Positions 10,346-19,146 of a DNA stretch of 64,000 bases are shown here, piece after piece. Origin of the DNA: a virus (taxonomy: Duplodnaviria; Caudoviricetes); IMG/VR virus record IMGVR_UViG_3300021255_005860, positions 1-64,000 of that record; one strand, 5' to 3'. Each line of letters starts with the position of its first letter. The stretch's first letter is position 1. The notes beneath the pieces were generated by a model. It saw only the letters and a list, made by a program, of their open reading frames with translations. It was not told the DNA's origin and did no database searches. A program made the position numbers and the translations under genes.

Positions 10346-11984
10346 ACTGTGCATAGAACCTATATGTACGTCATCATCTCTGTTTGCGACGTATGTTTCA
10401 TATGTAAACAATCCGGACTGAGGATGACCATCCCACCAACCTCCTGCTGACGCATACGGTCCTTCCCGACGATACTGCGACCACTAATGATAAATGATGG
10501 AAGTAACGCAGAGAACCTGCATAATCGCGGACAGACTCTTCACTACCACTTTCACGCAGCCAGTTGATGATGTTACAAAAGATTCCTCGATGCAATGGAG
10601 CAGCATCGATGCGAAACATACCTCCCACAAACTGTATTCGTCCGTTTGATGAACTAAAGGCATGATAGTTCAGTTTGAGAACCTATATGACTATAACCAA
10701 GTTCATCGTAATAATTGAGCACAATACAGAATATACCGGCACTAGTGGGATTCGGAGTAGGAGTTCCATCCCAGTTCATAGCCGATCTGCCGGTCGTAAC
10801 TACGAGAGTCCTAGTCATATCGTCAGTTATCGTAAAGCTATGATATCCCTCAGTTTGAGAACCTACAGTTCCTCCTTTCAGTCCAGTGTAGATCAGCACT
10901 GCATATCCTCCACTACCTGGACCACCGTTAGTCTCTTCTTGTAACGGACCGATGTTACAACCACCGGAGCAATAGACTCCACTGACATAATTGACCCAAT
11001 GATAATGTCATGCGGAGAACCTCTATCTTTGTGACCGTTATCGTCCGCCGGTGAAGCTCCATGGAAAATACCTGACCAATTAACTGTATCAGTTCTACCC
11101 CACGGCCAAGCATCATTGCCTACCATCCACAATCCGGTGTATTTCGTTCCAGATCCCCAATTATGATAAAGCCACTGCGAGAACCATACGCAGCATTTTC
11201 AAAGTTCATATTAGTCTCCCAGGTAAATATTCCAGCACTACTTCCATTTGCAGTTCTTCCACCAGTGATTAGTGTGTTGTTAGCTGGGACATTGTTGACG
11301 TAATGACAGTTCGAGAACCATTGACGGATGCAGAGAGGTTGGTACGATAGCAACAGTTAAAAAATAATCCTGGGGTAGTAGATCTACGATCAGGATCAGA
11401 CGTACTACTAGACCATTCTGCATTAGCACCTACCCAGCAATCATATTCATTAGTAGAAGTAGTAACAAACCAATGATAACAGTGCATAGAACCTCGAGGC
11501 TTCTGTGCTTCCCAACTCAAACTCACATCTTGAACCCTGTATATGCCAGCATACGTTGTTCCGTCGCCGTAGTGTCCTCCAAATTGCACGAAATGCTGCG
11601 AAATAACACCGGACCCATCGATTTCAGAATAATGATAATAAGTTCACTGTAAGAGAACCTCCTATGGCCGCAGTACTCAAAATCGGCACTCTGCCACGAT
11701 AGAAAATACCCGCATAACCTGATCCTGTATCAGTATTAAAAGCTTCTCCACCTGTGCTCACCATCAACGATACACCAGCAGCCCAGATTACTCCAGAATT
11801 CGCTGCTTCACCGCTACCGTGACGATAGTCATGTCAGAGAACTTATATTCTTCATTCCTGATTCTATCCATCCGTGATAGTTATAGATTCCTGCTGAATT
11901 AGGCATTTCTTTCGAAGTGATCCAACACCCCCCATTTATAGCAGCAGGTCCTCTAGCATCCTCGCTGTGCTGAAAATGATAATA
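10346..11984 (-). repeat. cassette array 3: 10 cassettes
   Basis: Ends at about 10354, 10511, 10677, 10857, 11015, 11179, 11313, 11487, 11653 and 11837; e.g. CHYVNNVPANNTLITGGRTANGSSAGIFTWETNMNFENAAYGSR. Confidence 0.9.
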
Positions 11985-12017
11985 TAACAGCATAAGCTTC
12001 ACCCTAAGGAGATCTAT

Positions 12018-12317
12018 ATGTCATTTATAGTTAAAGTGTCTAACATATTTAGGATATTAACCCATCGTCCTATCCTACATGAAGAAGAAGGATTCTATCC
12101 TTGGACCAGTGAAGATCCTGTAAGAGTTAGAAAAGATGGAGGGTTCGGTATCAACTTAAATAACCCTAGAGTATTTAACCACATCAACCGTAACCTCCAC
12201 TTGATGCAACATATCAATAATGATCTTGCCTCTAGAATAGCTAACCGCACTCTTACTGAGAAAGATAAACAATACTTAGCCAAAGTTCAGGCTAAGATAG
12301 ATAAAAAATTTAAATAA
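12018..12317 (+). CDS. hypothetical protein
   Basis: 99 aa, AAGGAG RBS. Confidence 0.75.
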   Translation: MSFIVKVSNIFRILTHRPILHEEEGFYPWTSEDPVRVRKDGGFGINLNNPRVFNHINRNLHLMQHINNDLASRIANRTLTEKDKQYLAKVQAKIDKKFK

Positions 12318-12490
12318 CTCTAGATCAACGTTCATAAACCTACATCAGTTTGGGTTGTTTTAACATTTGTAATAAAAAAACAAATCGATACATAAGATGA
12401 GTGAGATCAGGGATATTTCAACGCCTCCCTGAAGGGCGAACTGCATCCTGCTATGAGGGTCAGTCTCATCTTAAGATGAATGCATAGATC

Positions 12491-12778
12491 TTAAAGAAGA
12501 CCTAGTTGTTTAGCCTGCTGTGTGGTTAATGCGGTGAACACGTATGCAGGATCTACATGTAGCCCGTAATTTAAGAGAAATTCTGTATAGAAGATCACAT
12601 AACCGGGGTGATTTTGTATCTCTGCATATTTGCGTGGAAGCTGTTGCATGTATAGTTCCTCACGTTGATTAAACAGATGCTCCGATCGTTGCGACACCAA
12701 CGATCTCAGTGAAATAATATACATCTTCAACAAAGATGAATATTTAAGATACATACAGTTGGGATCCTGATGTCTCAC
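12491..12778 (-). CDS. hypothetical protein (start uncertain)
   Basis: 95 aa ORF, no clear RBS. Confidence 0.4.
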   Translation of the reverse strand: MRHQDPNCMYLKYSSLLKMYIISLRSLVSQRSEHLFNQREELYMQQLPRKYAEIQNHPGYVIFYTEFLLNYGLHVDPAYVFTALTTQQAKQLGLL

Positions 12779-12891
12779 TCACAAAAGAGAGAACACTACC
12801 TCTTGGAGGTAGTGTTCTCCCATCGTACTGGTGTTCATCAAATTTCATCTCTATATGACTGATGGGAATTTAACCAACTTTCTGCGAGATA

Positions 12892-13506
12892 ATGATTATG
12901 AACAGCATCGAAAAAGCTATCACCATGAACTCAGTGTCGATAGTATTTGCAACCGCCCTATATGCGACTGTGTACGGGTTGATATCGTTCCGGCTCGTCA
13001 ACCAGAATATTTTGACTCCTCAGATCATCGGGGCGTCTAACATGGCTACCACGATCAGTGGTATTTTAACGTATCAGCTCTTGGAGAAGGAGCAGATACT
13101 CAAATGAGTAGACTCCCATTTAGAGTGCATACTAGTGTGCTTGGGCATAATAACCATGGGCGGGTTAGCTGTCACCCTAGTGTATCCACTCGTTGGGTAC
13201 TTTATCGACGGAATTTGTTCTGTCTCAGTCGGGATCGTTTTCTTCCAGGGAAAGCAATTGTCAATAAACGCACGTATCGTAGATACCAGCGAAAGAAAGT
13301 ATAGGACTCTTCTGCAGGGAAGAGCGGGGAAGGCTAATTTTATTGGAGCGATGCTAAGCGGCATCGCAATGATCATAATCGGCAATGCTGATATTGTCTA
13401 TGTGATCTATGTGGGAATCATTCTAGTGATCCCAGATACTTTGATAGGGCTCTACTCCATTAGAAAGATAAGAGCTCTTCCAGTGAGAGAAGAGGAGATG
13501 AAATAG
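12892..13506 (+). pseudogene. multi-TM membrane protein (half-MFS-like) interrupted by an in-frame TGA
   Basis: ORFs 12892..13107 and 13135..13506 are in the same frame, separated only by TGA at 13105-13107 (EQILK*VDSHLECILVCLGII); both halves are hydrophobic. Confidence 0.6.
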
Positions 13507-13510
13507 AAAA

Positions 13511-13558
13511 CAGGAGCCCATCTTTGGTGGGCTCCTGCGACTTTGTTGTTTTCTTTTT
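13511..13558 (+). terminator. intrinsic terminator
   Basis: CAGGAGCCCA...TGGGCTCCTG stem followed by a T-rich tail. Confidence 0.65.
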
Positions 13559-13577
13559 CACGTAATAGACTAAGATG

Positions 13578-14068
13578 TCAATACAGAGAACCTAAATTAT
13601 CATACTTGACAGTAGGAAGGTTATGACCTTCGTGGAAGATTCCTACGGAATTGATAACTGTCTCTCCACCTGATGAACCCATAACGACTATACCATCAGT
13701 ACCATATAAAAATGCTCCAGGGGCAAAGTCACCACCAAAATGATACTTCCGTTCAGAGAACCTCTTGTTGCAGTACCCACTTCTCGTTGCAGTCCGACAT
13801 CGGTGAAGATTCCTCTAGTAGTAGTAACATTGTCAGCTTCCGATGTTACTCCTGCCCATCCAAACATCAGTGTTGTATAATCTACTTTTTGTACGGAATG
13901 TTAATCCTCAGGCTAAGCAGCGCAGGAGAACCTAGATTGATGCCTTTAGATGTATCTTTGGTGCGGTTAACCTGGAAGATTCCTATACTGCCTGTAGATG
14001 AACTATACGAGTCCCATCCGGCTCCTATCATCACGGTGGTAACATCAGCATTTTGATCAGCATGATAA
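13578..14068 (-). repeat. cassette array 4: 3 cassettes
   Basis: Ends at 13586, 13756 and 13926; e.g. IYHADQNADVTTVMIGAGWDSYSSSTGSIGIFQVNRTKDTSKGINLGSP. Confidence 0.85.
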
Positions 14069-14119
14069 ATACAAAACGTTAAAAATCTCCTTCACGAGGG
14101 TCCCTTAACCCCTCGTGAA

Positions 14120-14510
14120 GGATGCGACCATAAATGTCAGCAAATACACTTGCATTTCAAATCAAGATAGGAGCCACTAGTAACACAGGTATACAATCGA
14201 TGTGTGAGTGGCTGCACACTGGACCTGCCTTATCGATCATCCTGCGATAGTCATTTGACTAACTACCCGTGGTTGCCAGCTACGTAAAGAGCTGACTTGT
14301 TAGTTCCAAACTACTCTAGGTTTCATAGAGGAGAACAATTAGCCGTTACCACGATTGTCTTCACACCCAAGTCCCTTTAGCTATTCACCTATACGTTCTA
14401 TCACAGAAACCTAATAGAACAGGTAGGACTGTTAATAGGCTCACTCATGCTAACCTCGATGAGTCATTAAGTATCACGGCACTGCATACAATAGTACTCA
14501 TACTGTCACA
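14120..14510 (-). ncRNA. candidate structured ncRNA (unclassified)
   Basis: About 390 nt without a tracked ORF, with many short stems (ACTCAT/ATGAGT, GTTCTAT/ATAGAAC, GTCAGCT/AGCTGGC, AGCCACT/AGTGGCT, CTCTA/TAGAG); G-U pairs favour the minus strand. Confidence 0.4.
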
Positions 14511-14554
14511 ATCTACATTTGACAAACATAATCTTCATGGAGTTTTAACTATAT

Positions 14555-14932
14555 ATGGATACTGAGGAATTCTTAAAATTCAGCTCTGAGATCAAATTAA
14601 ATAAAAATGGTTCTATCTCACCTGAGGCTTTATTAAAGTTACAAGAAACTTATAAGGATAAAACCTTAACTTATCTAAGATGGTATTTAGGATACCTATC
14701 ACTACATAACGTCTATGACAGATTAGCTAAATTAAAATCTCCTCAGTTTCAATTGATCCATAACCTACCTATAGAAGATGCTACCACTAAAAGATCGATA
14801 GAATCTTTTTGCGAAACTCTACTTACGATCATTGAAGCTACTAACCGTGAGTTGGAAGGTATAGCCGTTGCAAGTTTATCCGATTGCCCTAAAGCTATCG
14901 AAGAAGGACTATTTTCTCCTGTAGATAAATAA
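14555..14932 (+). CDS. hypothetical protein
   Basis: 125 aa, GGAG RBS. Confidence 0.75.
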   Translation: MDTEEFLKFSSEIKLNKNGSISPEALLKLQETYKDKTLTYLRWYLGYLSLHNVYDRLAKLKSPQFQLIHNLPIEDATTKRSIESFCETLLTIIEATNRELEGIAVASLSDCPKAIEEGLFSPVDK

Positions 14933-14952
14933 TTTCAGAAAAATTACGATCA

Positions 14953-14960
14953 TATATTAC
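14953..14960 (+). promoter_or_regulatory. phiKZ-type early promoter (TATATTAC)
   Basis: Exact motif; no ORF follows before the terminator at about 15495-15531. Confidence 0.65.
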
Positions 14961-14966
14961 TAAAGT

Positions 14967-15531
14967 GGTACCGTAGCTAAGATGCTCCTTTTCCTCATCA
15001 CTGACGATTTAGTTATGGTACCCACTTCGGACGATAGGTATGAGATTACCTCCTTTCTTGATACTTATCGTCCACCTATTCATAATCACAGGGACCTCCG
15101 TACTCGACCATTTCCGTGCTGTTCTATGTAAGAGTGGTTCTAGTATGGGTAAAAATGCAGCAGTCACCTCACCTCTTTGACTGTTATACCATCCCGGTTG
15201 TTAGCAGATATCCGCCTTACGGTATCCGATGAGGGTTATACTCTACGTGAAAATCAGGTATAGCCCGTCTCTAATTCATCACAACTTCATGCATTTTCTG
15301 AGGAACGCTTGCTGTTAAGTATACTCAGTATCTTTTAGTGAAATAAGTTACAATAGAACGTTGCCTCCTTCAACTGTAACTTTACGGTGATAAAATACAT
15401 TGTACTAGACTGCCGTTCAGTTAGTACAAGACCGTGACTACACTTTAAGATAAAAGTTAGCAGCTCTAAATTTGACATTTGTAACTTTGTTTCATCTACA
15501 CTTCTAGACAACTAGAAGTGTAGATCTTTTT
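14967..15531 (+). ncRNA. candidate early ncRNA with multiple anti-Shine-Dalgarno hairpin loops
   Basis: Bounded by a promoter and a terminator, no ORF of 60 aa or more; hairpins 14967-15022, 15029-15073, 15159-15185 and 15345-15382 have CTCCTT / ACCTCCTTT / CCTCACCTC / CCTCCTT loops. Confidence 0.55.
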
Positions 15532-15566
15532 ATTAGAGCATAAACAAATATACCGGACTTTTTACT

Positions 15567-15860
15567 ATGAGAAAATATCTGATGCGCGATTTACAAATAG
15601 TAGATGCCAGATGTAATGGGTTAAGCTTAGAGCAATTGGCTACTAAATTTGTGCTTACTGTACGTACAATACGTAGAATTCTAAAGAAGCACAGAAACGA
15701 ATTGAAAATATTAGATCCACTGAAGTATAGCACAGTAGCAGAGGTGAATAATCACCCATATGTACTGCATGCTATTTTAGAGGGTGAACCGTTGCGCAGT
15801 ATCTCAGAGCGTAGTGGGATCTCATTACAGTTACTACACAAATATCAAAGAGCACTATAG
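15567..15860 (+). CDS. helix-turn-helix DNA-binding protein
   Basis: Two HTH-like segments (GLSLEQLATKFVLTVRTIRRIL; GEPLRSISERSGIS). Confidence 0.65.
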   Translation: MRKYLMRDLQIVDARCNGLSLEQLATKFVLTVRTIRRILKKHRNELKILDPLKYSTVAEVNNHPYVLHAILEGEPLRSISERSGISLQLLHKYQRAL

Positions 15861-15868
15861 GAGAGTAT

Positions 15869-16330
15869 ATGGAGAAAAATATATTAACTAAATTTGTGGA
15901 AAACAAGTTGAAGAAAGCTGACGATAATGAAAAATTAGGTATACAATTAGTTCAGATCATACATGCGATCCTAACTCACATCGACAACAGATCTGGTCAG
16001 GGAATAAAGGTTTCTGTAAACCAAGATCTAGTCAATGTCGAATGTTCTTATCCTAGAGGATCAGGCACAGATAAAATCGAATTTGAATATGATCCTGGTA
16101 CTATCGATCAATTCAAAGGCTTCTTTTATATGCTACCCGATGCCAACTGGATACATGACAAAGGTGGTCATCCTACTATAAGACTCTTTACCTGCTTACA
16201 GTATCTAAGAGATAGCCTGAATAACGATCCCGAAATAGGTAGAGCATTCGCAGCTGCAGGATATCCAGAATTTACAATATTAAATCTTACTGATACCGGA
16301 GTAGTCATATCCTGGAAACAGATCAAATAA
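15869..16330 (+). CDS. hypothetical protein
   Basis: 153 aa, AGGAG RBS, followed by a terminator hairpin. Confidence 0.75.
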   Translation: MEKNILTKFVENKLKKADDNEKLGIQLVQIIHAILTHIDNRSGQGIKVSVNQDLVNVECSYPRGSGTDKIEFEYDPGTIDQFKGFFYMLPDANWIHDKGGHPTIRLFTCLQYLRDSLNNDPEIGRAFAAAGYPEFTILNLTDTGVVISWKQIK

Positions 16331-16413
16331 GAATTCATTCAAGTGTAGTTAAGTAGTCTCTCATAAGAGGGGCTACTTTTTTTATTTTAACGGTGATGAA
16401 GAATCTTCAAATA

Positions 16414-16421
16414 TATATTAC
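16414..16421 (+). promoter_or_regulatory. phiKZ-type early promoter (TATATTAC)
   Basis: Exact motif upstream of ORF 16478. Confidence 0.7.
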
Positions 16422-16477
16422 TTATGTGACTGAGAGGCAATGAATGTCTCTCATCTTATCAATTATTGGAGATAATT

Positions 16478-16849
16478 ATGAAGATTATAAACTTAACACC
16501 ACACATTGTATCCATCGTTTCCCCAGCATGTGCTGAATTCGACCCAAGAACTAAGTCTTATAAACTTGTCGGAGAATTAAAAATCCTGAAGACCTACGAA
16601 CCTGAAGGATCAGCAATACCTCGTTGTAGCATGCGCGAGGAAGAGATAGGCGTTATCGACAATGTACCGGTCGTGAAAAATACATACGGCGAAGTTACCG
16701 ACCTCCCACCAGAGGAGGAGGACACTTACTATATCGTCAGCGCGCTGGTCGCAAATGCCGCAAAGCGCAGCGATCTGCTTATCCCATCCAGAATGGTGAG
16801 AGACACCGAGGGTAAAATCCTAGGGTGCTTAGCATTTGGAAAGGTCTAA
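16478..16849 (+). CDS. conserved hypothetical phage protein (NLTPH family)
   Basis: MKIINLTPH N-terminus, LP....TYYIVS.LVA and RD..G.I.GC motifs; GGAG RBS. Confidence 0.75.
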   Translation: MKIINLTPHIVSIVSPACAEFDPRTKSYKLVGELKILKTYEPEGSAIPRCSMREEEIGVIDNVPVVKNTYGEVTDLPPEEEDTYYIVSALVANAAKRSDLLIPSRMVRDTEGKILGCLAFGKV

Positions 16850-17158
16850 TTAGCCGTCTGACAATCGATAACTGGGCACCTTCGGGGTGTCTGGTTATTT
16901 TTTTGAAAAGTCATCATGATTCAAATTATATATTATTTAAGTGTGATATACGGTTACCGCAGTATCATTCGATGAACTCATATTTTGCTTATAGGACATC
17001 GAGAGGACAGGGGTATGGAGACTGTACTGTTACTCATTTTGATATTGTGTGTAGTATACCCTACAGTACTTGGACTACGTAAGTTATATCATCACATCAA
17101 AGTGATCATTGAAGAAGTAAGATTCTTCATGAAGTTTTAAAAGAAAGGAGAACGTCAA

Positions 17159-17761
17159 ATGGATAAGTCAAAAATTGAGGAATGTGAAGAACTGATTTCG
17201 TTGGCTGAAGAGACTGGACAGCCAGATGAAGTTATCACAAGATTAAAACGTAAGTTATTCGAGTTGAAATTAGATGCCTTTGAGGGCTCTTTTACTAGGC
17301 CACATCTACAAACCAAATTTGATACTGAGGGGGTAATAGAAGCTCCCCAGATGTCTGAACTGGAAATTCTATCTCAGCCTATACCTAAGCAGGAAGAGCC
17401 TGCGGTATTTGCCAAAGAAGTATACAGTAATGGCAATACTAAACTCACCATGCAATCTGAAGGTGTAGCAGGTAATGGATTCTCCCAAAGAGATTTGGAC
17501 ATCATCAATGCCTATCAGAGCGGTACTAAGGTCGCTGAGATAGAAAAGAAATTCAATGTTCCTCATAACAGTTTCTACAACATACTTAAGAAAGCTCGCC
17601 GGTTGGGGATTATCAAAATGTCCCGTATGGCTACTGAGGCTGATATCGATGATGTCATCAGTCTTTATAAGGAAGGGAAATCCGTTGGGGATATAGCTAC
17701 TGAAAAGAATTGGAGGTATACTCGAGTATATGCAATATTGCGACGTAACGGAGTAATATAG
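17159..17761 (+). CDS. HTH-containing protein
   Basis: Two C-terminal HTH-like repeats (YQSGTKVAEIEKKFNV; YKEGKSVGDIATEKNW); variant promoter TATATTAT at 16929. Confidence 0.7.
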   Translation: MDKSKIEECEELISLAEETGQPDEVITRLKRKLFELKLDAFEGSFTRPHLQTKFDTEGVIEAPQMSELEILSQPIPKQEEPAVFAKEVYSNGNTKLTMQSEGVAGNGFSQRDLDIINAYQSGTKVAEIEKKFNVPHNSFYNILKKARRLGIIKMSRMATEADIDDVISLYKEGKSVGDIATEKNWRYTRVYAILRRNGVI

Positions 17762-17806
17762 CAGGAGGAGGACCTATCCTAGGTTACCCTAGGATAGGTT
17801 ACATAT

Positions 17807-18130
17807 ATGCGTCAATTATCTCAAGCCTCTGAGATCTCATCTATAGCAGAAGCAACCCGTCACGGTATCTATGTACTCGTACAAGGTTGCAAGATCTTAG
17901 AGGATATGTATGCTCAAGGAGCCCAGATAGCTGAGATAGCAGAACTACTAGAAGTAAATCCTTCTAGACTCATCTTTGAGACTTCTGATACTGGGATACA
18001 GTTAACTCTTATCTCAGCTCGAGGTACTAAAGTCTGCACTCACTCAGCTCGTGGGTTATTTTTACATTTAGGATCTTTAGAAGGATTAGGTATCTGGATC
18101 AAGATCATCAAACGTTGGCAGCTGACTTAG
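17807..18130 (+). CDS. hypothetical protein
   Basis: 107 aa ORF in a + strand gene run. Confidence 0.6.
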   Translation: MRQLSQASEISSIAEATRHGIYVLVQGCKILEDMYAQGAQIAEIAELLEVNPSRLIFETSDTGIQLTLISARGTKVCTHSARGLFLHLGSLEGLGIWIKIIKRWQLT

Positions 18131-18173
18131 GTTTCTGCGATGATATAGTTCATTGTTATAAGGCCACATTAAA

Positions 18174-18626
18174 ATGCAATTAGTAAAATGGTTACATGAT
18201 CTATTCAAAAGACCCCAGCCTATCTTAGATAGTCAATTATACGTTTGGTTTGACGATAGACATCATCACTATCGTAAGACTCTAGTTATAATTGACCCAT
18301 CCTTGCCAACATCTACGGTAAGATTCACCTATAGTGTTAAAGATAAATCTTATACTCTAGCCATTCCTACTACGGTATATGAAGTCTTTAATGAACGTCA
18401 TGAAGGAGCAGGAATAGCTCTCTTAGTTAAAGTTATCACCTATTGGTATGATCCTGCCATCAATACTAATAGTGATAAAGATACTACTATAGATGTGGAT
18501 TTTAGTAAACGTAACCCCAACTTTACAGATCTATTAAACTACGAAGATGGATCTGACATGGCAAACGTGGTACTAGAATTAAACTCACTAACTCTAGATC
18601 ACGGACACTTCAAAAAATCATACTAA
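18174..18626 (+). CDS. hypothetical protein
   Basis: 150 aa ORF. Confidence 0.7.
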   Translation: MQLVKWLHDLFKRPQPILDSQLYVWFDDRHHHYRKTLVIIDPSLPTSTVRFTYSVKDKSYTLAIPTTVYEVFNERHEGAGIALLVKVITYWYDPAINTNSDKDTTIDVDFSKRNPNFTDLLNYEDGSDMANVVLELNSLTLDHGHFKKSY

Positions 18627-18640
18627 CGGAGAACTAACCT

Positions 18641-19057
18641 ATGGACAAAGATATACGTATTGTAAGAAGCGAGATAACTGCTTTGGTCAAGATGCGTAGA
18701 AGTATTATTAAGCTTATAGCAACTGAGAAAAGAGTAGAACCTTTTGATAAGTTCTTCTCAGAAGTTGTGCAAAGTAGAATACATGTATACGCTGATATGA
18801 TCCTAGACATCGATCATAAGATCGCAGATAAGTCTAAGTATCTTGCTTATCTTGAAGATAGTGTATCCTTTGCCGCTATGAGTCATAGTGAGCAAGTTCA
18901 TATGTTAGTTAACGGTATCAACGATATCTATCGTAATATAGCATCTACTTATACTGACAATGTAGATGTTGATAAAATAGAAGATACCCAAGATAAAGAG
19001 TTAGTAACATACTTTCAAGATATGCTACATGACCGAATAGATGAAGCTATAGACTGA
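18641..19057 (+). CDS. hypothetical protein
   Basis: 138 aa, GGAG RBS. Confidence 0.75.
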   Translation: MDKDIRIVRSEITALVKMRRSIIKLIATEKRVEPFDKFFSEVVQSRIHVYADMILDIDHKIADKSKYLAYLEDSVSFAAMSHSEQVHMLVNGINDIYRNIASTYTDNVDVDKIEDTQDKELVTYFQDMLHDRIDEAID

Positions 19058-19146
19058 TCGTATAAAACTACTGAGGTTACTACAACCTTGGTAGTTATTA
19101 TTTTTTGATTAAGGCATCATCATACCTATACGCAAGGAGATTGTCT

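Noticed and set aside
4032-11589. Tracked ORFs of 60-198 aa inside the arrays (e.g. 4377..4739, 5816..6322, 8637..9233) as real genes
   Set aside because: They are chance in-frame fusions of adjacent cassettes or antisense shadows, lack RBSs, and switch in and out of the conserved frame
4151-11984. CRISPR array
   Set aside because: The conserved parts are only 6-7 nt motifs with variable spacing, the 'spacers' are 125-210 bp and mutually homologous at the protein level, and no cas genes are present
12789-12820. GAGAAC as another cassette end
   Set aside because: It is the arm of a perfect palindrome (GAGAACACTACCTC...GAGGTAGTGTTCTC) with no cassette-like frame attached
4151-14068. Classical DGR template/variable repeat pair
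   Set aside because: No RT or Avd gene in the window, no pair differing only at adenines, units not AAC-rich, and lengths vary. A non-canonical RT-based mechanism is not excluded
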